This document shows, piece by piece, positions 8,571-15,349 of a DNA stretch of 61,405 nt. Each line of letters starts with the position of its first letter. Position 1 is the first letter of the stretch. Made by a program: the position numbers and the translations under genes. Source of the DNA: a virus (lineage: Duplodnaviria > Caudoviricetes); the IMG/VR virus record IMGVR_UViG_3300042868_005269, positions 1 to 61,405 of that record, one strand, 5' to 3'. The notes under the pieces are model-generated. The model had not been told where the DNA came from, searched no databases, and worked only from the letters and a program-made list of their open reading frames with translations.

Positions 8571-8589
8571 GTGATACATCCTGTATCAC
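8571..8589. promoter_or_regulatory. Palindromic operator-like site, copy 2
   Basis: gtgatac atcct gtatcac. Confidence 0.75.
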
Positions 8590-8593
8590 GGAT

Positions 8594-8821
8594 TCACTCA
8601 ACGACAACAGTCCAGCCCATCGCCTCGATGACTCGCTTAAGGGATGGGTCTGGCGTCATGCCAACGATGATCGTTGCTACCTTGTCGGTGTGGTTGATAC
8701 GCACCATCGTCATTGAACGCGGCACCATCCACACACCGCCATCCTTGACGGTGTCGAACATGTTGCGTGTCCACTTGACGGCGTTGCTCATGCCTGCCTT
8801 GGTGTCGAGGTCGTAACTCAT
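8594..8821 (-). CDS. Hypothetical protein
   Basis: MSYDLDTK...; ATGA overlap with 8818-9054. Confidence 0.65.
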   Translation of the reverse strand: MSYDLDTKAGMSNAVKWTRNMFDTVKDGGVWMVPRSMTMVRINHTDKVATIIVGMTPDPSLKRVIEAMGWTVVVE

Positions 8822-9054
8822 TTGCGTGCTTTCTTCTTTGGCAGTGTGAATGTGCCGAGCCACTCAGCGCCCTCGACTTGAGGGCAGTACATCTTGATCT
8901 CGTACTCGGCATCGTGTGGGCCGGGCACCATGTACAGGTTGAATGTGTACCCGTCAGCCTCCATCAGTTCGAGCAGTGCAGGCAAGTCTCGCGTCTCGTT
9001 GGTCGTTGCCCACATAGCGCAGGACGAGGCGTAGAAGTGTTGGTTCTCTTTCAT
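8818..9054 (-). CDS. Hypothetical protein
   Basis: 78-aa ORF, TAATG coupling, RBS. Confidence 0.65.
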   Translation of the reverse strand: MKENQHFYASSCAMWATTNETRDLPALLELMEADGYTFNLYMVPGPHDAEYEIKMYCPQVEGAEWLGTFTLPKKKARK

Positions 9055-9263
9055 TACATTTCTCCTTTGATGATCTGATCCATGCGGTGCTGGCGGTAGA
9101 ACTTGCAGAACAAGTCGTCGAACGCCGTGAGTAGGCGCTCTCTGTTGGTGGTGTCCGCTACGTAGAACGCTCGGGCGATGTGCCCTGCGAAACTGCCGCC
9201 CTCGCGCTCCATGAGCAGTGCCGCACTGAGCAGCATGTCGTGGTCTAAGTCCATTGCTTTCAT
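9054..9263 (-). CDS. Hypothetical protein
   Basis: GGSFA..IA.AF..AD..NR.RL..AF pattern; AAGGAG RBS. Confidence 0.7.
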   Translation of the reverse strand: MKAMDLDHDMLLSAALLMEREGGSFAGHIARAFYVADTTNRERLLTAFDDLFCKFYRQHRMDQIIKGEM

Positions 9264-9439
9264 TTGCTTTCTCCTTTGGTTAATTCACACAGATCATTGA
9301 GGCGCATCAGCGCCACCTCCAGCCTGCCTCGCACATCTTCGCGCTTGGGCAAGTCATCGAGGTTGTTCAAGGCGTAGCGCAGTTGCGCCCGCATGTAGTC
9401 CAGCTCGATGTGCCACTCGTGCTCTTGTCCTTCAGTCAT
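9260..9439 (-). CDS. 59-aa hypothetical protein
   Basis: Manual: MTEGQEHEWHIELDYMRAQL...; AAGGAG RBS, ATGA overlap. Confidence 0.65.
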   Translation of the reverse strand: MTEGQEHEWHIELDYMRAQLRYALNNLDDLPKREDVRGRLEVALMRLNDLCELTKGESK

Positions 9440-9456
9440 TTGCTTATCTCCTTTGG

Positions 9457-9723
9457 TTAAAGTGTGCAGTACCAGCGATGGGCGCTGATACGGCGGGTCT
9501 TCAGGCGTACGCCTGCGGTCTGGCGCAGATGGCTGTTGAACATCTTGACCAAGACGGACTCAACACCACCGCTTGGCATGGCGCGCAGTTGGTCGCTCTC
9601 GATGATGACAAAGCCTTGCGCTTTGAGCGTCTCGTGCAGTGCCTGCCAGTCATGCACCACCTTGGTAGGCACTGGGGTAGGTGCGGCGGTGTACGCCGTG
9701 TTGGGTATATCGTCGAGTCTCAT
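9457..9723 (-). CDS. Hypothetical protein
   Basis: 88-aa ORF, GGAG RBS, coupled. Confidence 0.65.
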   Translation of the reverse strand: MRLDDIPNTAYTAAPTPVPTKVVHDWQALHETLKAQGFVIIESDQLRAMPSGGVESVLVKMFNSHLRQTAGVRLKTRRISAHRWYCTL

Positions 9724-9926
9724 TTGCTTTCTCCTAAAAGTTCATCACGCCATGCGTTGAGGTCAGAGAGAACTTTCTCTCTCGTACCCCAGTAGCCCAT
9801 CTGTTTCAGCATTGCGTATGCAGTCGGGCTTTTGCTTCGGCTCATGCCTAGCATCTCCAGCTTGAGCATCTGGCGCAGTGCCAGTAGGCGAGCCGCATCT
9901 ATTTGGTGTCCGGTTAGTACAGTCAT
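9720..9926 (-). CDS. Hypothetical protein
   Basis: 68-aa ORF, ATGA overlaps. Confidence 0.65.
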   Translation of the reverse strand: MTVLTGHQIDAARLLALRQMLKLEMLGMSRSKSPTAYAMLKQMGYWGTREKVLSDLNAWRDELLGESK

Positions 9927-10186
9927 TCGGTTTCTCCCCAGACAGTGAAGCTGTGGATGGGCTCGCCGATGCTGTCCGTCCAGCCTGCTTTGTAGACGTC
10001 CACGTGCAGGTCGCTGTCTTTCTTGGCGTGGCCTGAGTAGTCAGCGCCAGCAAAGTTGATGTCGTACTCATCCCACACGACCCAGTCATCGGCCGTGGCC
10101 AGCGTGTCGCTGTGAAAGTTACGCTCGACAATCAGTGCCAAGCGATAGCCCTCGCAGAAGGCCCGCAGTTCTTGCAGTGTTCTCAT
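9923..10186 (-). CDS. Hypothetical protein
   Basis: 87-aa ORF, TAAGGAG RBS. Confidence 0.7.
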   Translation of the reverse strand: MRTLQELRAFCEGYRLALIVERNFHSDTLATADDWVVWDEYDINFAGADYSGHAKKDSDLHVDVYKAGWTDSIGEPIHSFTVWGETE

Positions 10187-10198
10187 TTACTTATCTCC

Positions 10199-10351
10199 TT
10201 ATTGGTTGATGTAGACCAGCACCATCTGTGCTTCTTGGCGAATGTCCATAGAGGCGAGCGTTGACTCGGCCTCATCCCTGTCCATGGGCGGGGTCGAGTG
10301 CGCTTGGCCTCGGGAGTCCCACCACTGAACGATCCATGCTTGTGTTCTCAT
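10199..10351 (-). CDS. 50-aa hypothetical protein
   Basis: MRTQAWIVQWW...; RBS leader identical to that of the 8498 start. Confidence 0.65.
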   Translation of the reverse strand: MRTQAWIVQWWDSRGQAHSTPPMDRDEAESTLASMDIRQEAQMVLVYINQ

Positions 10352-10429
10352 TGCTTTCTCCAGTTTCAGATGCCGCCCTGTTTGGGGTAGGCTCGACCAT
10401 GCGGGCGGCGTTGCATGGTTGAGTGGTTG

Positions 10430-10448
10430 GTGATACACGGTGTATCAC
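10430..10448. promoter_or_regulatory. Palindromic operator-like site, copy 3
   Basis: ggtgatacac g gtgtatcacc (10429-10449). Confidence 0.75.
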
Positions 10449-10452
10449 CGGG

Positions 10453-11370
10453 TTATTTGATGAGGTTCAATAGCGTCTGCGCCAGAGGTTGCCTGTCCAT
10501 GTGCGCCAGTATTCGTTTCTGTTGGGCCGCTAGGTCTGCGGCCAGTGCCCTAGCTGCGGGGGGTGCTGTCATATCTGCCGGGGACAGGCGCTCTGCCAAT
10601 GATGGTTTGGATGCCCTCAAGATGTTGCCCCTGTTCTTGGGCGGCTTGGTCTTGACCGCCGACACCATCTGCTTGTCGTCGTCATCGCGCATGAGTTCGG
10701 GAACCATCTGCGCCCAGTGGTTGGGCACATGGGCGTTGTCATCCAAGGCGTTCACTCGCTCGATGGCCTTGCGTAACAGCAACTCTTTGCGTGCCAGCTT
10801 CTCGTTCTCGGGGTCTTCGTCCAGTCTTTCGATGGTGGTCTCAAGCGTGGCCCGTGTGTAGCGCAGTAGCCGGGCTTTGCGTTTGATGCACAGGCTGATC
10901 GGGCTTGTGCGTTGGAAGGGTTGTTTGAACTTGGCTCGGTCACGGGGCGGCACTTCGTCAGCGGCCACACGGAATGCTTCTTTGATTCGGTCGGGCACAA
11001 AGTCTGTCCAGTGGGTGTGCTCGGGCAGTTCACGGTCAATGCGCCGTATCTTTTCCAGCTTCTCGTACAGTTTGTTAAGCACTGCGAAGTAGTCGGCCAC
11101 GAACTCCTCACGCTCAGGCGCTGGGGTCTTGGTCTTGTAGCGCACCATGCTTCGCACAATCCGGCGTTCGTGTTGCAAGGCTTCGATCACCTCGCCCCAC
11201 TGCTTGTCGGACTCTTTGCGCTGGCGCTTGGCGATGCTCTGGGCACTGCGTTGCCGCTTGATTTGTGCGAGGGTCAGGTCTGCCATTTCGGGGGATTGGC
11301 CTTCGCTGAATAGCTTGGCCCGTATTTCACGGTAGGCCCAGCCTGCGTATTTACGGTAGGGGTCGCTCAT
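10453..11370 (-). CDS. Basic helical hypothetical early protein (305 aa)
   Basis: AAGGAG RBS; Arg/Lys-rich; HWT/HWA repeated. Confidence 0.75.
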   Translation of the reverse strand: MSDPYRKYAGWAYREIRAKLFSEGQSPEMADLTLAQIKRQRSAQSIAKRQRKESDKQWGEVIEALQHERRIVRSMVRYKTKTPAPEREEFVADYFAVLNKLYEKLEKIRRIDRELPEHTHWTDFVPDRIKEAFRVAADEVPPRDRAKFKQPFQRTSPISLCIKRKARLLRYTRATLETTIERLDEDPENEKLARKELLLRKAIERVNALDDNAHVPNHWAQMVPELMRDDDDKQMVSAVKTKPPKNRGNILRASKPSLAERLSPADMTAPPAARALAADLAAQQKRILAHMDRQPLAQTLLNLIK

Positions 11371-11399
11371 GGATGCTCCTTTGTTGATGGGGTGAACGG

Positions 11400-11428
11400 A
11401 TTGTAGCTCAGATTACTTCGATGTAATC
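11400..11428 (-). promoter_or_regulatory. Possible sigma70 promoter with an overlapping GATTAC-N6-GTAATC dyad
   Basis: TACAAT on - strand at 11405-11400; weak -35; dyad at 11411-11428. Confidence 0.4.
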
Positions 11429-11429
11429 A

Positions 11430-11750
11430 CGCACAGACAGAAAACTGTCCGACCTTACTTCGCTTGGACGCAAAATTGGACAGTGGGAACCCGCATGGTT
11501 GCTGGTGTTGCCGTGTTTGTGTCCACTCTAATGGTGTTTTTTACAGGGAGTCAACGCCTGAACTTATTTTTTATTTAACAAAGCTGTGCCAACCTGCATG
11601 AAAGCAATTCTTCTTATCTATATCTTATTTAATATATATATATAGAGGGGACAAGAAAAGACAAACGCCTTTATGAATCAACGACTTACGCTGTCTTTTC
11701 TTGGGGAAACGCGATGGAGGATCGGACAGTCCCAAAAAGCGTTAACTAAA
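11430..11750. other. Candidate replication origin
   Basis: Non-coding; AT-rich/TA tract ~11605-11645; 12-bp inverted repeat 11652-11663/11692-11703 around an IHF consensus at 11676-11688; repeated GGAC(A)/TGTCC. Confidence 0.55.
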
Positions 11751-11753
11751 GTG

Positions 11754-11772
11754 GTGATACGCCGTGTATCAC
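11754..11772. promoter_or_regulatory. Palindromic operator-like site, copy 4
   Basis: gtgatac gccgt gtatcac; 11752-11778 identical to 12311-12337. Confidence 0.75.
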
Positions 11773-11775
11773 CGA

Positions 11776-12000
11776 TCAGGAGCCGTGCATGGCTTTCTTT
11801 TGCCTGATGTTGACTTCGTGCCAGAGCTGGGACATGGATGCACAGGGTATCGAGACGGTCGTGCCTACCATCGCCACGCTTGCGACCCAGTAGGGGTCGT
11901 ACTTGCCACGGGGGTAGTGGATTTGAGCGCACCAGAGTGCGCCTGCTTGGTCACGCCATTGGGTGAGGGTTTCGGTGGTGGGTTGCTTGAGGTTACGCAT
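11776..12000 (-). CDS. Hypothetical protein
   Basis: 74-aa ORF, AAGGAG RBS. Confidence 0.7.
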   Translation of the reverse strand: MRNLKQPTTETLTQWRDQAGALWCAQIHYPRGKYDPYWVASVAMVGTTVSIPCASMSQLWHEVNIRQKKAMHGS

Positions 12001-12013
12001 GGAAGTTTCTCCT

Positions 12014-12199
12014 TCAGTTGGTGTGGTGGATGCGGACGTAGCGGGCCATGGCCTTGAGCATGACCTTCTGGGGGACGCAGTACTTGATGGCTACCGCCTT
12101 GGCCACATAGGGCAGTTCGTGCGCTTGGATGTGGCACAGGATGTGGTGCAGTTCGTGGATGATGCGCTTGGCATCACGGGTTTGCAGGTTGTTGTGCAT
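12014..12199 (-). CDS. Hypothetical His/Lys-rich small protein
   Basis: 61-aa ORF, GGAG RBS. Confidence 0.65.
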   Translation of the reverse strand: MHNNLQTRDAKRIIHELHHILCHIQAHELPYVAKAVAIKYCVPQKVMLKAMARYVRIHHTN

Positions 12200-12312
12200 G
12201 GAAGTTTCTCCGATTGGTTTTGGCTATGAAGTCGCCGCCGTGATTGTTTAAGCCACAGGCGGTTAGACATGGGGAGGAACAACGGGCCAGCCACGCCCGT
12301 TGAGTTTGCTTG

Positions 12313-12331
12313 GTGATACGCCGTGTATCAC
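12313..12331. promoter_or_regulatory. Palindromic operator-like site, copy 5
   Basis: gtgatac gccgt gtatcac. Confidence 0.75.
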
Positions 12332-12334
12332 CGA

Positions 12335-12772
12335 TCACTTCAAGGCGTTCAGCAAAGCCATTGCTTGCTTGATCTGCTCTTGCAGAGTCTCGCCCTCGAA
12401 GTTGCCAAGGAAATCCATCGCCATAGCCTTGGCCGCCGTGCTGATGCGCTGTTGCTTGGCAGGGGCTTGGGCTTTCTCAGGGGTGAACCACACCATGACG
12501 TTGCGTCTCCACGATTGGAAGGCCGCGCCGTGGCGTGACTCACGCGTGGATTCTTCGCCGGTGTAGAACACGGCAGTCCCCGCCGTGTTCCATGTGTAGT
12601 TGCAGCCGTACTTCGTAGCATGGACTTTCGCAAGCTCCTCAAGAAGCGTGATACATGGTGTATCACCAAGTTCTTTCGCCGCCGCTTGCATGGCGTCCCC
12701 GTATGAGATGCCCGCAGTAAGGAAGTCTGAGTAGGCTTTGACGGCGGTTTGGATTGTGGTCAGTTTTTTCAT
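12335..12772 (-). CDS. First gene of the early arm, hypothetical protein
   Basis: GGAG RBS before MKKLTT; 145 aa. Confidence 0.75.
   Translation of the reverse strand: MKKLTTIQTAVKAYSDFLTAGISYGDAMQAAAKELGDTPCITLLEELAKVHATKYGCNYTWNTAGTAVFYTGEESTRESRHGAAFQSWRRNVMVWFTPEKAQAPAKQQRISTAAKAMAMDFLGNFEGETLQEQIKQAMALLNALK
12648..12666. promoter_or_regulatory. Palindromic operator-like site, copy 6 (intragenic)
   Basis: gtgatac atggt gtatcac, encoding GDTPCIT. Confidence 0.7.
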
Positions 12773-13072
12773 GGATTTTCTCCGTTGGGTTGCTGTCTTG
12801 TAGGGCCATTCCCTACTCGACAAACCCTAGTTTCCGGCAACCCCCATTCGATAGCCCCTGAGCCCCCTATTTTCGAGGCAGAAAGGCCACTTTCCAGACC
12901 CCACCGTACCCCCATGGGCCTATATTAGAGCGTGACACGGCTTCGTAGTACAACACTGTTCCACACCCGCTCCCACCACTTTGTAAAACACTAGACAAAG
13001 CAACACACCCCCCTGTATAAAAACACAGCCCTCTAAAAAATTTTATAAAAAATTTTAAAAAAACTGGGGACG

Positions 13073-13105
13073 AAAAAAAGCCCCCGGTCTTGCGACAGGG
13101 GGCTT
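13073..13105 (-). terminator. Rho-independent terminator (- strand)
   Basis: gccccc/gggggc stem followed by U7 on the - strand. Confidence 0.65.
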
Positions 13106-13148
13106 AAAGGGTCTCTCAACCCAAGGAGAAGCAATGAATCAACCGAAG

Positions 13149-13178
13149 TTGCGCCATCACCAAAAGTGAGTATATACT
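13149..13178 (+). promoter_or_regulatory. Putative sigma70 promoter for the late arm
   Basis: TTGCGC-N18-TATACT upstream of terS. Confidence 0.5.
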
Positions 13179-13219
13179 GCGCACATCGGGAAAGCAACCC
13201 GCAACTCCACTTGGATTAA

Positions 13220-13837
13220 ATGTTAGATCACCTCCTTGACTTCGACCCAGAAGTTTTACCTAAGTCACAAGCGCCCTCCCCAGCGGAGAAGGCCGCGCCC
13301 GTTGAGTTGCTGAACGGCAAGATCAGTACGAGCGACTGGCTTAAGGAGATGGGTGTACCTGACGCCGAGACCGCAGTGTCCGAGTTGGAAAAGCAGCAGG
13401 CCCGTCAAACTTTCTCCGCGCTTACAACTGCATCCCCCATAAAAGAGCAGCACGACTTGGTCTCCAAGATAGAGACCCCAGCGGCCGTGCGCCATCTGGT
13501 CGGCATGCTGACCGCATACGACTGGGAGTTTGTGCACCAAGCGCAAGAGCTGCGCGGGTACGCCGTGGCCAAGATTTTGGAAGAGTGCGAGAACCCCAAC
13601 TCCAACATCCGGCTCAAAGCGTTGGGCCTTTTGGGCAAGGTCACAGAGATCGGGCTGTTCACCGAGAAGATCGAGATCAAGAAAACCGACATGACCGAGG
13701 CGGAGATCGACCAGCGCCTGAAAGAGAAGCTGGCCAAGTTCATGGACGTCTCAGACGCCGACGTCACGGACCTCGTGGACATCACGGAAGTCCCAACCCC
13801 CACCCAAGATGACAACCAACCCGCCGCTGACGCCTGA
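13220..13837 (+). CDS. terS: Terminase small subunit (putative)
   Basis: Directly upstream of terL; RLKALGLLGK...GLFTEKIEI C-terminal pattern. Confidence 0.65.
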   Translation: MLDHLLDFDPEVLPKSQAPSPAEKAAPVELLNGKISTSDWLKEMGVPDAETAVSELEKQQARQTFSALTTASPIKEQHDLVSKIETPAAVRHLVGMLTAYDWEFVHQAQELRGYAVAKILEECENPNSNIRLKALGLLGKVTEIGLFTEKIEIKKTDMTEAEIDQRLKEKLAKFMDVSDADVTDLVDITEVPTPTQDDNQPAADA

Positions 13838-15341
13838 GCAAGCTGCGGTTCTGTTTAAGAACCTTGGCAAGATGTCCTCCGCTGAAAAGCTGGAGGCGTT
13901 GGAGCTTTTGGACAAGGCGCAGGACCACAAGCAGAAAAATCTGGCCCGCACGGACATGCTTGCGTTTGCCAAGAGCGTGTATCCGGGGTTCAAGATCGGG
14001 CCGCACCACAGGAAGCTGGCCAAAATCTTCACGGAAGTGATCGCCGGAACGAAAAAGCGGGTCATCATCAACATCGCGCCGCGTATGGGCAAGTCTGAGT
14101 TCAGCTCTTACCTGTTCCCGGCCTTCTTTCTAGGTAATTTCCCTGAGAAGAAGATCATCATGGGCACGCACACGGCAGGTCTGTCCGAAGACTTTGGCCG
14201 CAGGGTGCGAAACTTACTGGCGGACGACGACTACCATGGCCTTTTCCCTCAAACGCTGGTGGCCGACGATCAAAAAGCTGCCGGTAAGTGGTCTACAAGC
14301 GCTGGTGGTCAGTACTATGCTGCTGGTGTCGGCGGCGCTCTTGCTGGTCGTGGTGCTGATCTGTTCGTTATTGACGATCCTCACTCGGAGCAGGACGTTA
14401 AGGCCAACTCACGGCTGGCTTTCGACACTGCGTGGTCTTGGTTCCAGACCGGGCCGCTCCAGCGACTGATGCCGGGCGGCGCGATCATCATCGTGATGAC
14501 GCGCTGGGGCAAGTTGGACCTGACCGGACGCCTGATTGACTACCAAGCCAAGAACCCAGAGGCCGAGCCGTGGGAGATAGTCGAACTCCCCGCAATTCTC
14601 AACGAAGATACTGAGAATGAAAAAAGCCTTTGGCCCGAGCAGTGGCCACTGGCCACCCTCAAGGCAACCAAGGCCAGCATTGACCCCCAGTACTGGAACG
14701 CCCAGTACATGCAGCAGCCCACCAGCAACAGTGCGGCCATCATCTCGCGCAAGTCTTGGCGCATTTGGACGGGCGACGAGCCGCCCCGGTGTGACTACAT
14801 CATCCAGAGCTGGGACACGGCCTTTGAGACCAAGAACACGGCCGACTATTCTGCGTGCACCACATGGGGGGTGTTCTACAACGAGGAAGAGGGCGACAAG
14901 GCGCAGGTGATCCTGCTCGATGCGTTCAAAGACCGCATGGCGTTCCCGGAGTTAAAGGCGATCGCGCTCAAACATTACAAGGAATGGACGCCAGATGCGT
15001 TCATTGTGGAGAAGAAAGCGGCCGGAGCGCCGCTGATCCAAGAGCTTCGGGCCACCGGCATCCCGGTGGAGGAGTTCAGCCCCAGCCGGGGTAACGATAA
15101 AATCGTGCGGCTAAACGCCGTGTCTGACCTTTTTGCGTCGGGTACGGTCTGGGCCCCAGACACGCGCTGGGCCCGTGAGGTGATCGAGGAAGTTGCATCG
15201 TTCCCCAACGGAGAGAACGACGACTACGTTGACACCACCTCTCAGGCGCTGTTACGCTTCCGAAAGGGTGGGTTTATCCCCCTTGACTCGGACGAGAAAG
15301 AAGACCGGACATTTCGGCGTCGCAGAGCGGCGTACTACTAG
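13809..15341 (+). CDS. terL: Terminase large subunit
   Basis: Walker A APRMGKS, Walker B FVIDDP, MTRW, YMQQP, nuclease SWDTA...NDDYVD. Confidence 0.95.
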   Translation: MTTNPPLTPEQAAVLFKNLGKMSSAEKLEALELLDKAQDHKQKNLARTDMLAFAKSVYPGFKIGPHHRKLAKIFTEVIAGTKKRVIINIAPRMGKSEFSSYLFPAFFLGNFPEKKIIMGTHTAGLSEDFGRRVRNLLADDDYHGLFPQTLVADDQKAAGKWSTSAGGQYYAAGVGGALAGRGADLFVIDDPHSEQDVKANSRLAFDTAWSWFQTGPLQRLMPGGAIIIVMTRWGKLDLTGRLIDYQAKNPEAEPWEIVELPAILNEDTENEKSLWPEQWPLATLKATKASIDPQYWNAQYMQQPTSNSAAIISRKSWRIWTGDEPPRCDYIIQSWDTAFETKNTADYSACTTWGVFYNEEEGDKAQVILLDAFKDRMAFPELKAIALKHYKEWTPDAFIVEKKAAGAPLIQELRATGIPVEEFSPSRGNDKIVRLNAVSDLFASGTVWAPDTRWAREVIEEVASFPNGENDDYVDTTSQALLRFRKGGFIPLDSDEKEDRTFRRRRAAYY

Positions 15342-15349
15342 GAACACAC

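Noticed and set aside
8499-8579. N-terminal extensions starting MYH (also 10352-10438)
   Set aside because: They arise from start codons inside the palindrome; the strong RBS is at the downstream ATG
5594-12337. Palindromes as integron attC sites
   Set aside because: Post-stop position is suggestive, but there are no RYYYAAC/GTTRRRY boxes, sites are too short and no integrase is recognisable
5594-12666. Palindromes as a CRISPR array
   Set aside because: Spacing is 0.3-3 kb, irregular and filled with genes; no cas operon
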